A DNA stretch of 47,275 bases from Actinomycetota bacterium (GTDB lineage: Bacteria > Actinomycetota > UBA4738 > HRBIN12), in contig DATDJD010000375.1 in the NCBI GenBank assembly GCA_036520695.1, positions 1 to 47,275 on the forward strand, written 5' to 3'. The notes beneath the pieces are model-generated. The model was not told the origin of the DNA and did not search any database. It saw only the letters and a list, made by a program, of their open reading frames with translations. Positions 1 through 7,065 of the stretch are shown piece by piece; position 1 is the stretch's first letter, and each line of letters begins with the position of its first letter. Made by a program: the position numbers and the translations under genes.

Positions 1-141
1 GACGCCAGGAACAAGGCGGAGGCCGCGCCCGAGAAGAAGGCCAAGAAGGCCAAGGACTGAGGTTGTGCTGACCGTCGCGGACTTCCGGCTATTCGCCTCG
101 ACCCCGATGGGGGACGCGGCTATCCAGAAGCTGCTCGACGA
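1..141. repeat. Terminal overlap, copy 1, identical to 47135-47275 (circular closure of the contig)
   Basis: Bases 1-141 (gacgccaggaacaagg...ctgctcgacga) recur exactly at 47135-47275. The repeat runs through the 3' end of one CDS and the 5' end of the next. Unique length is 47134 bp. Confidence 0.95.
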
Positions 142-607
142 CGCCTACACCTCGATCCTTGAGCGAGTCGGAAGGTTGGGCGTTGCGACGTCTTACCTGA
201 ACGGGGGAGGTGAGTTCCTCGTTCTCCCGACTCGTGCCGATCCTGATGAGGAGGTCGTCGTAACCGAGTGGTACGGTACGTCCTCACCGACGGATCTGGC
301 CGTAGACGACTACCAGCTGGGTGCCGATGGGGTCTCGCTGCGGCGGAAGAACGATGGCACCAACCCTGCTTACCTGTGGCCCGCGACTCTCAACCGGGTT
401 GTGTTCACGCGGCGCGACGATACCGCCAAGCGCGACATCGTTCAGCGCGACCTGGTCAAGCTGTCGTTGGATTACGAGCCGCTGATCTCCCAGGAGAGCA
501 TCGACGGCTACGCCTACAGCAAGGCCAGCAACTCGCTCCGATCCTACGAGGACGAATACGAGGCCATTCTGGCGCGGCTCGACCCGCCCGACGTGGGGTT
601 CCGATGA
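65..607 (+). CDS. head-tail connector/adaptor protein (gp6-like)
   Basis: GTG start; 180 aa. Lies just downstream of the capsid gene across the circular junction. The helical N-terminus (DAAIQKLLDDAYTSILERVG) resembles gp6-type adaptors. GC3 is high. Confidence 0.6.
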   Translation: MLTVADFRLFASTPMGDAAIQKLLDDAYTSILERVGRLGVATSYLNGGGEFLVLPTRADPDEEVVVTEWYGTSSPTDLAVDDYQLGADGVSLRRKNDGTNPAYLWPATLNRVVFTRRDDTAKRDIVQRDLVKLSLDYEPLISQESIDGYAYSKASNSLRSYEDEYEAILARLDPPDVGFR

Positions 608-1017
608 GCTTCGATGGCCTGATGATCCACCAGCTGGTGGCGGTCCGTCGGGTCACTTCTGACGACGAGGCGGATCTGGACGAGTCCGGTCACGAGACGG
701 TGATCGACGAGGTCACGACCGCGTTCTGGGGACGGGTGTATTCCAAGAACGCGCGGGAGATCGCACAGTCCACCCAAGATGGCGCGAGCATCAGTGACCA
801 CGTCATCCGCACCCGGAACCTGGACCTGTTGGGCATCGACTACATCACCTACGCCGACCCGGGCAATCCGTCCCAGGTGCACCCGACGGATCTGCGGCGC
901 TACGAAGTGCAGGCGGTACACATTCGCAACGACCGTCGCGGGCCGCACCACGCCAGCATCGAAGCGCAGCTCATCACGGCTTCGCCCGGGTCCATCCCGG
1001 TAGAGGCAGCCTCGTGA
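604..1017 (+). CDS. head closure / head-tail joining protein
   Basis: ATGA start/stop overlap with the upstream gene; 137 aa. Size and position match SPP1 gp16 / HK97 gp9-type head-closure proteins. Confidence 0.5.
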   Translation: MSFDGLMIHQLVAVRRVTSDDEADLDESGHETVIDEVTTAFWGRVYSKNAREIAQSTQDGASISDHVIRTRNLDLLGIDYITYADPGNPSQVHPTDLRRYEVQAVHIRNDRRGPHHASIEAQLITASPGSIPVEAAS

Positions 1018-1895
1018 TTGACGGCTACGCCTCGATGCCGCACTATGCCGACCACGTCAACACGGTCCTTGCCGCGCTGCCCGAGAACGTGCGCGGGCAG
1101 ATGGCGCTGAAGGGCGAAGGTCCGGTCCTGGTCGCCAGTTACCGTGACCACCGGGCCGTTCGCAGGGAAGGCCGCACCGCGATCGTCATGGAACACGGCG
1201 CAGGCCAGAGCTACTCGGACTCGCGGCCGGAGTACGCGGGTGGTCGGGATCGGGGCGACGCGGCGTTGTTCCTGGCACCCAACCATCACGCGGCTTCGCG
1301 GTGGAGTGAGGCGTACCCCGGTGTGCCGGTGGAGGTGGTCGGGAACCCTCGACTCGACCACCTCCCGGCCCGCGAGCCAGGCGAGGAGACGGTTGCGGTC
1401 ACGTTCCACTGGGACTGCCGCGCTGCGCCCGAAGCACGTAACGCCGAGCGGGTCTTCCGATCTGCGCTCCCGGCGCTGGCCAAGGAGTTCCGGCTGATCG
1501 GCCACGCGCACCCACGGGCCAACCTGGCTGGGTTGTTCAAGAGCCGCGGCATCGAGTGGGTGCCGGACTTCGCCGAGGTCTGTCGTCGGGCGGATCTTCT
1601 GGTGTTCGACAACACCTCGGTCGGGTTCGAGTTCGCCGCGACGGGTCGTCCGGTCGTGGTGCTGAACGCACCTTGGTACTCTCGCAACGCCAACCACGGG
1701 CTGCGCTTCTGGGACGCAGCCACCGTGGGGTTGCAGGTGGACGATCCGGCGCGCCTGGTCGAGATGGTGCGCGCGGCGTTGCGTGACACCCGCGAGATGC
1801 AGAGACGACGGGAGCAGGCGCTGGCGCTGGTCTATCCGGTTCGGTCGGGGGGTGCGCAGCTGGCCGCGGATGCGATCGTGCGGCACGTATGTTGA
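1014..1895 (+). CDS. glycosyltransferase-like protein (GT-B-like; TagF/glycerophosphotransferase-like C-terminal half)
   Basis: GTGA overlap start; 293 aa. The C-terminal half (LIGHAHPR...ADLLVFDNTSVGFEFAATGRPVVVLN) resembles nucleotide-sugar / CDP-glycerol transferase folds. First gene of a four-gene sugar-modification block. Confidence 0.45.
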   Translation: MIDGYASMPHYADHVNTVLAALPENVRGQMALKGEGPVLVASYRDHRAVRREGRTAIVMEHGAGQSYSDSRPEYAGGRDRGDAALFLAPNHHAASRWSEAYPGVPVEVVGNPRLDHLPAREPGEETVAVTFHWDCRAAPEARNAERVFRSALPALAKEFRLIGHAHPRANLAGLFKSRGIEWVPDFAEVCRRADLLVFDNTSVGFEFAATGRPVVVLNAPWYSRNANHGLRFWDAATVGLQVDDPARLVEMVRAALRDTREMQRRREQALALVYPVRSGGAQLAADAIVRHVC

Positions 1896-3193
1896 AGGAA
1901 GTCATCCTGGTCCCGCGTCGCGCCGACGATGGCCCGCGCGACGCGCTGTGGGAGTGGTGCCGCACCCAGAAGTGGGAACGCGAGCAGTCGCACATGCCGA
2001 TCTTCGAAGGGCATCACAACGACGGGCTGTTCAACCGATCCGCAGCGGTCAACAAGGCCGCGCGACTGGCAGGTGACTGGGACGTGGCGGTCATCATCGA
2101 CTCGGACGTGTTCATCGACCCGACGCGGCTGAAGGAAGCCGTCAAGCTGGCGCACAAGACCGGCAAGCTGGTCTATCCGCACGACGTCCGCAAGGATCTG
2201 ACCCGCCAGGGCAACCAGCGGATCATGGCTGGCTTCAACGGCAACTGGGAGCGGTTCGTCTACCGGCGCTACCCGGACATGGTCAGCTCGGTGGTTGTGG
2301 TGCCGCGGCGATTGTGGGATGAGATCGGCGGGTTCGACGAGTCCTTCCGCGGCTGGGGCTACGAGGACACCGCGTTCGCGGCAGCAGCAGCAACCTTCGG
2401 TGGCGACATTCGGATGCCTGGCGAGGTCTGGCACCTCTGGCACCCCACCGCCAAGGAAGGTCGCCCGGGGACCGAGACGCACATGCGCAACTCGGCCAAG
2501 GGTCAGCGTTACCGCGCCGCGATCGGCAACCGCGAAGCGATCCGCGCGCTCCAGTCCGAAGGCCGAGTCGAACGACCGGGCAGCGTTGGCATCCCGCGCA
2601 TCCTGCACCGAGTCGTGCCCGAGCAGCGCAACGTTCAGGCGGATAGCTGGTGGGCCGACTTCGAAGCGATGCACCCGGACTGGGATCTGATGACGCACCG
2701 CGACCCGCTGGACCCCGCTGAATGGCCTCTCACAGCCGCGCACTGGGACAAGGTAGCGAATGGTGCACAGTTCGCCGACCTCATCCGCCTGGAGGCGCTG
2801 CTGCGGTTCGGCGGAGTGTACGTGGATCAGGACGTGGAGCCGCTGCGACCGTTGGACCCGCTGCTGCCGCTGAGTGCATTCGCGGCCTGGGAAGATCCGC
2901 GCTCCGTTCCGAATGCGGTGATGGGCGCGACCCCAGATCATCCTGCGGTGTGGGCCTGCCTGGAGCTGATGATCGACCGGCTGCCAGGGGAGACGTGGAA
3001 GTCCGGACCCGGGGTGCTGACCGACGTGCTACCTGGCCGGAGTGACGTGCTGCTGCTGCCACCGGGATCGTTCTACCCGTACCACTACAAGGAGAAGGAG
3101 CGGGCGGGCGAGGACTTCCGGAAGAAGCAACCTTGGGCATTCGTTGCGCATCATTGGTGGGGCAGCTGGCTCGAGAAGGAGTCGGTCGCATGA
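1889..3193 (+). CDS. two-domain glycosyltransferase (N-terminal GT-A, beta4GalT/ppGalNAcT-like; C-terminal DXD sugar-binding, Och1/GT32-like)
   Basis: 434 aa. N-terminal domain has LFNRSAAVNKAA, IIDSDV (DxD) and GGFDESFRGWGYEDTAF. C-terminal domain has ADLIRLEALLRFGGVYVDQDVEP (DXD) and NAVMGATPDHP. Confidence 0.7.
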   Translation: MLKEVILVPRRADDGPRDALWEWCRTQKWEREQSHMPIFEGHHNDGLFNRSAAVNKAARLAGDWDVAVIIDSDVFIDPTRLKEAVKLAHKTGKLVYPHDVRKDLTRQGNQRIMAGFNGNWERFVYRRYPDMVSSVVVVPRRLWDEIGGFDESFRGWGYEDTAFAAAAATFGGDIRMPGEVWHLWHPTAKEGRPGTETHMRNSAKGQRYRAAIGNREAIRALQSEGRVERPGSVGIPRILHRVVPEQRNVQADSWWADFEAMHPDWDLMTHRDPLDPAEWPLTAAHWDKVANGAQFADLIRLEALLRFGGVYVDQDVEPLRPLDPLLPLSAFAAWEDPRSVPNAVMGATPDHPAVWACLELMIDRLPGETWKSGPGVLTDVLPGRSDVLLLPPGSFYPYHYKEKERAGEDFRKKQPWAFVAHHWWGSWLEKESVA

Positions 3194-3759
3194 TGGTGTT
3201 CGACCGGATCTACCGCACCAACGGGTGGAACGGCACCGAGTCGCGCTCCGGCCCGGGATCCGGCAGTGTCGCGACTCGGCACGTCGCTTCAGCGATCGCG
3301 GTGCTGGCTGAGGAGCTGAGGGTCGAGAGCGTCTTGGACCTCGGTTGCGGGGACGGCTATTGGATGCCGAAGCTCCCGGGGTACCTGGGGGTTGACGTCT
3401 CGGCCGAAGCGATCCGCCATGCCCGACGTAATCACCCGGACCGACGTTATCAGACGACGCCGCCGCTGGGGCATTTCGATCTGGTCATCAGCCGCGACGC
3501 GATGCAGCATCTGGCGCTCGTGGAGGCGGACCGGTTGCTGGACTTCGCGTTGACCGCGGGGGATTGGTTGCTGGCATCGACGTACATCAATGGCGCGAAC
3601 GTCGACATCGAGACCGGCCATTTCTACAGCCCGGACCTGACGGCTGCGCCGTTCAACCTGCCGCAGCCGAGCCAGCTGATCTTCGACGGCTACAGCTACC
3701 ACGACCCGGACCTCATTCGCGACCCGGGCAAGCACCTCGGACTGTGGGATCTGCGATGA
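3190..3759 (+). CDS. class I SAM-dependent methyltransferase
   Basis: ATGA overlap start; 189 aa. Motif I is VLDLGCGDGYW, followed by the acidic loop GVDVS and then DLVISRDAMQHL. Confidence 0.75.
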   Translation: MMVFDRIYRTNGWNGTESRSGPGSGSVATRHVASAIAVLAEELRVESVLDLGCGDGYWMPKLPGYLGVDVSAEAIRHARRNHPDRRYQTTPPLGHFDLVISRDAMQHLALVEADRLLDFALTAGDWLLASTYINGANVDIETGHFYSPDLTAAPFNLPQPSQLIFDGYSYHDPDLIRDPGKHLGLWDLR

Positions 3760-4343
3760 GGCCTCCGCAGTGCGCCGGGTTGGTGCAGAAGCCGGAAGGG
3801 TTGCGGCTGGCGCAGCTTGCCTCCGACGTGCCGCAGTACCAGGCCATCGTAGAGATCGGCACCCACACCGGGCTGTCGACGTGCTGGATGGCCGAGGGTT
3901 CGGAACGCGGGCGCGGCGCGCACATCACTGCGGTCGATCCTTGGGCACCTCCGCGTCCCGGTACGCAGGACGACCCGTTCGGGCTGGTCGATGGAGACGG
4001 GGTGTACCGGCAGTTCGCGAAGAACCTGGCCGACGAGCATCACTGGGGCACGGTCACTCCGCTGCGGGCGCGCTCTATCGAGGCGGCAGGGTTGTGGGTG
4101 CAGCCGGTGGGGCTGGTGTTCATCGACGCCATCCACGAGTACGACGCGGTCCGTCGGGACTACCTGGCCTGGGAGCCGCACGTTCCGGTCGGCGGGTGGA
4201 TCGCGTTCCACGATTACACCGAGGATCCGGCGCACGAGTACTACGGCGTCGCTGCGGCGGTCAACGGAGTCGTCGTTCCGTCCGGTAACTGGGGCACCCC
4301 GGAAGTGACGGAATACCTGTGGACGGCGAGGCGGGTGGCATGA
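3756..4343 (+). CDS. class I SAM-dependent (O-)methyltransferase-like protein
   Basis: ATGA overlap start; 195 aa. Has IVEIGTHTGLST (motif I-like), VTAVDPW and LVFIDAIHEYDAV, typical of Methyltransf_24/CmcI-like O-methyltransferases. Confidence 0.6.
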   Translation: MRPPQCAGLVQKPEGLRLAQLASDVPQYQAIVEIGTHTGLSTCWMAEGSERGRGAHITAVDPWAPPRPGTQDDPFGLVDGDGVYRQFAKNLADEHHWGTVTPLRARSIEAAGLWVQPVGLVFIDAIHEYDAVRRDYLAWEPHVPVGGWIAFHDYTEDPAHEYYGVAAAVNGVVVPSGNWGTPEVTEYLWTARRVA

Positions 4344-4543
4344 GGAAGCTGTGCCAGTGCGGCCACCCTGACGCTACTCACGTCGGGCCGGATGGGCCGT
4401 GCCGCATGAACAAGTGTCGCTGCGAGCTCTTCAACGAGGTCGGGGCCGCGGGCCGTCCGGAGCAGCCGTCGCGGATGGTGACGTTCGAGATCCCCGATGG
4501 CTACGTCCTCAACGTGCAGCTGGTGCCGGTCGATGGCTCGTAA
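4340..4543 (+). CDS. small Cys-rich protein (CxC...C...CxC)
   Basis: ATGA overlap start; 67 aa. Sequence MRKLCQCGHPDATHVGPDGPCRMNKCRCE suggests a zinc-binding knuckle. Last gene of the sugar-modification block. Confidence 0.5.
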   Translation: MRKLCQCGHPDATHVGPDGPCRMNKCRCELFNEVGAAGRPEQPSRMVTFEIPDGYVLNVQLVPVDGS

Positions 4544-4961
4544 GCGTTCCTCCCGAGTGGTCCTCAACCGGAGGAACATGCACGGCGTCGAGCTGGCGTT
4601 GGCGGACGGTGTCAACGCGGTCGCGCGGGCGATCGTCGAAGGGGCCGATCCGCCAGACGCAGCACCGTATGGCGTGGGCCTGGTCACCCGCGGCGGGTGG
4701 CTGACGTACATCGGTGACAAGAAGATCGACGGCGGTAGCACGTCGGGCAGGCAGCCGAAGAAGCCGCGATCGTTCCGAGTGAAGGGCACGGTCGGCATCG
4801 TGGCGATCGCTGGCTTCAGCTTCCCCGGGCGGTTCCAAGAGTTCGGCACCGTGCATCAGGCCGCGAAGCCGTTCCTGGCTCCGGCGCGGGATCGGGTGGT
4901 GCCGCATGTCGACTCGATCATGAAGCGCAACGCCTCGTACCGATTGGCGCGCATCCGATGA
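4533..4961 (+). CDS. HK97 gp10-like neck / tail-completion protein
   Basis: 142 aa. The C-terminal motif QEFGTVHQAAKPFLAPA is characteristic of the HK97 gp10 family. Start chosen at ATG 4533. Confidence 0.65.
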   Translation: MARKRSSRVVLNRRNMHGVELALADGVNAVARAIVEGADPPDAAPYGVGLVTRGGWLTYIGDKKIDGGSTSGRQPKKPRSFRVKGTVGIVAIAGFSFPGRFQEFGTVHQAAKPFLAPARDRVVPHVDSIMKRNASYRLARIR

Positions 4962-5401
4962 TGACCGAACCGCAGCTGCCGTTCTTGGGGCCGATCATCG
5001 TGGAGCTTCGGACCGACGTCGATCTGCGCGCGCTGGTCAGTACGCGAGTCCGTGGGTTCCGGCCGCAGGGCGGCGAGAATGGGGACGTCCAGCCCGCGGG
5101 CCACTACAAGCGGTTCGTGGTTCTCAGCATCCTCTCTGCGCCTGTAGAACCGTCCCTGCCGATCACCTTTGCCGAAGTGGCAGCCAGGTGCTACGGGACT
5201 GACGACACGGACGCCTGGACCGTTTGGGCGGCGCTGGTGAAGGCCATCCACGCGGTCGGGCCGCGGGTGAAGGACTCGGGCCTCGGGATCTACCGAACGG
5301 CCGTACTCACCGGAGGCGTACAAGACAGCGATCCTGACACGGACCAGCCGATGGTCACGGGATCATTCCAAGTCATCGCGACTACTCAGGTGGTCGTGTA
5401 A
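4958..5401 (+). CDS. tail terminator-like protein
   Basis: ATGA overlap start; 147 aa. Lies between the gp10-like gene and the major tail gene. Confidence 0.5.
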   Translation: MMTEPQLPFLGPIIVELRTDVDLRALVSTRVRGFRPQGGENGDVQPAGHYKRFVVLSILSAPVEPSLPITFAEVAARCYGTDDTDAWTVWAALVKAIHAVGPRVKDSGLGIYRTAVLTGGVQDSDPDTDQPMVTGSFQVIATTQVVV

Positions 5402-5444
5402 GTAGTACGGCCCTGGCACTGCCAGAGTCAAACGAAAGGACGAG

Positions 5445-5774
5445 ATGGAAGGCAACCTGCCGGGGATCGGCTTCCTGCCTCCGCGACTGGACGCATTGCT
5501 GAACGCACTGCGCTCGGTTACGGTGCGCCAGGTGCTGATCCGTGGTTGGGGATCTCCGTGCGCCGCGGACGAACATTCGATGGTGGATTGGATCACCGGG
5601 ATGTACCGAGCGCGCTATATCGTCATCCGGGTCTGTGAGTTGTGCGAGGCCGCGGAGATCCGCGACCGGACCACGGCGATCATCCCGGTGGTTGGAGGCC
5701 GGATGCAGTCGGCCCCAGACATCTTGTTGGGCTGGTACAGCGGCGCTCGCCGATCCCAGCGCGTGTATTCGTAG
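5445..5774 (+). CDS. hypothetical protein
   Basis: RBS gaaaggacgag lies before the ATG. About 80% GC3 by manual count; 109 aa. Confidence 0.5.
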   Translation: MEGNLPGIGFLPPRLDALLNALRSVTVRQVLIRGWGSPCAADEHSMVDWITGMYRARYIVIRVCELCEAAEIRDRTTAIIPVVGGRMQSAPDILLGWYSGARRSQRVYS

Positions 5775-5790
5775 ATAGGGAGAACCGGTC

Positions 5791-6303
5791 ATGCCAGTCA
5801 CCGCAGCCACCCCTGCCAACCTGTTGGTCGGCGCTGGGGACGTTTACGTCGATGGGGCCGTCCTCGGCGCGTCCATCGACGACAATGCCTTCCGCATCGA
5901 GCGGGACTACTTCACGCCAGAGCTGAACGGTGTGAAGGGGATGCTTCGCGGCACCACCTACATCGACCGATCCGAGGCGGTGCTGGAGTGCTCCATCCCG
6001 GAGATCAGCGCCACGATCATGGAGAGCCTGTGGCCGGGATCCGAAGAGGCGGGCGGGACCATCACCGAGGACGGCACCCGTCGGCTTCCTTCGACCGCGT
6101 ACCACGATTGGGCGCTCCAGGCCGAGGGCATCGACGGCAAGTGGTTCACTTTCGAAGCGGACGGCGGGCTCAACCTCGCCAACCTGGAGATGACCCTTGG
6201 CGACTCGTCGGTCGCCGCGCCGAGGGCGGAGGTCCATTCCACCTGGGATGCGGCTGACACCGACGCGGCACCGCACCGCATCATCGTCGCGGACGCTTCG
6301 TAA
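5791..6303 (+). CDS. major tail (tube) protein
   Basis: 170 aa, immediately upstream of the chaperone pair and tape measure. RBS is gatagggagaaccggtc. Confidence 0.6.
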   Translation: MPVTAATPANLLVGAGDVYVDGAVLGASIDDNAFRIERDYFTPELNGVKGMLRGTTYIDRSEAVLECSIPEISATIMESLWPGSEEAGGTITEDGTRRLPSTAYHDWALQAEGIDGKWFTFEADGGLNLANLEMTLGDSSVAAPRAEVHSTWDAADTDAAPHRIIVADAS

Positions 6304-6306
6304 GAG

Positions 6307-6978
6307 GTGTTCGAGGCGCTGATCCCGAAGCGCACCCCGGAGGACTTCGCCTCCGGGGTGATCCGGGTGCGGCTTGGCAGGCGCGATCTGGCGCTGGAAG
6401 AGCTGCCGATGGAGGCTATGGACGCCTGGTCTGCCAAGGTAGATCGGGAACTGGCCGTGCTGTTGGGGCGGTTGGACCGAGGCGACGACACCAACGCGGT
6501 CATGATGGCGCTGACGATGGCCAAGGATGACATCGTGAAGGTGCTGGTGCTGTACCCTGGCGTCCCGGACGAGGAGTATCTCCGGAAGAACGCCACCAAC
6601 TCTCAAGTCCTCCGAGCGTTGATGGGGGTGTGGTCCGCCGCGAACCCTTTAGTCGCCGCGCTCGTGGAAGCCGTGATGGTGTTGAGTCAGTCGACCGAGA
6701 CTGGCAACGCATCCGAGCTTATGGGCACGTTGCACAGGATCTCGGGTGGACGTTCCGCCAAGTTCGACAACAGCTCACCTACTCGGAGTTCGTCGCCAGG
6801 CTTGACATCGCGCAAGAACGGCTCGACGAGCATCTCGAAGCCGCGGTCGAGGCCACCCGTCTCGGGACGGGGTTCGCCCGCGACCGGAAGGCTTACGCCA
6901 AGTGGCGCAGGCGCGCCGACAAGCGAATGGGCATCGGACGTGGTCTCACGGGCGCGGCGCTCGAAAGGGCGGTCATGA
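6307..6978 (+). CDS. tail assembly chaperone, upstream (zero) frame
   Basis: GTG start. The first ~115-135 aa look protein-like. After that the frame continues with no stop to 6978 as an S/R/P/G-rich sequence. Confidence 0.5.
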   Translation: MFEALIPKRTPEDFASGVIRVRLGRRDLALEELPMEAMDAWSAKVDRELAVLLGRLDRGDDTNAVMMALTMAKDDIVKVLVLYPGVPDEEYLRKNATNSQVLRALMGVWSAANPLVAALVEAVMVLSQSTETGNASELMGTLHRISGGRSAKFDNSSPTRSSSPGLTSRKNGSTSISKPRSRPPVSGRGSPATGRLTPSGAGAPTSEWASDVVSRARRSKGRS

Positions 6979-7064
6979 GCATCGCCATGGTCGACCAGAA
7001 CATTCCGTTCCGGCACAGCCCGTCCGTAAAGGGCGGGATCGTCCAGTTCCGGAGGGCTGTCTAG
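6307..7064 (+). CDS. tail assembly chaperone, putative -1 frameshift fusion product (6307..6651 joined to 6651..7064)
   Basis: The -1 frame from about 6700 to 7064 has a normal composition (GHVAQDLGWTFRQVRQQLTYSEFVARLDIAQERLDEHLEAAVE...) but no convincing start of its own. It ends 2 nt before the tape measure start. A canonical heptamer lies at 6645-6651. Confidence 0.45.
6645..6651 (+). promoter_or_regulatory. candidate -1 slippery heptamer C_CCT_TTA
   Basis: Has the X_XXY_YYZ pattern in the zero frame (AAC CCT TTA). By established knowledge, TTA is a rare codon in high-GC Actinobacteria. It is the only canonical heptamer I found in the overlap zone. Confidence 0.4.
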
Positions 7065-7065
7065 C

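Noticed and set aside
1-141. The 141-bp end duplication as a biological direct terminal repeat or cos region.
   Set aside because: It spans the end of one CDS and the start of the next and has no distinctive sequence features. It is most simply explained as assembler overlap of a circular or permuted molecule. This is not fully excluded without read data.
5542-5926. Overlapping + strand ORFs 5542..5778 and 5642..5926, and the alternative frames across the PT-rich and GS-rich repeats (19525..19845, 19577..19804, 14120..14413, 14462..14803, 14870..15600).
   Set aside because: They are out-of-frame translations of better-supported genes, with R/P/S-rich composition and no RBS or coupling.
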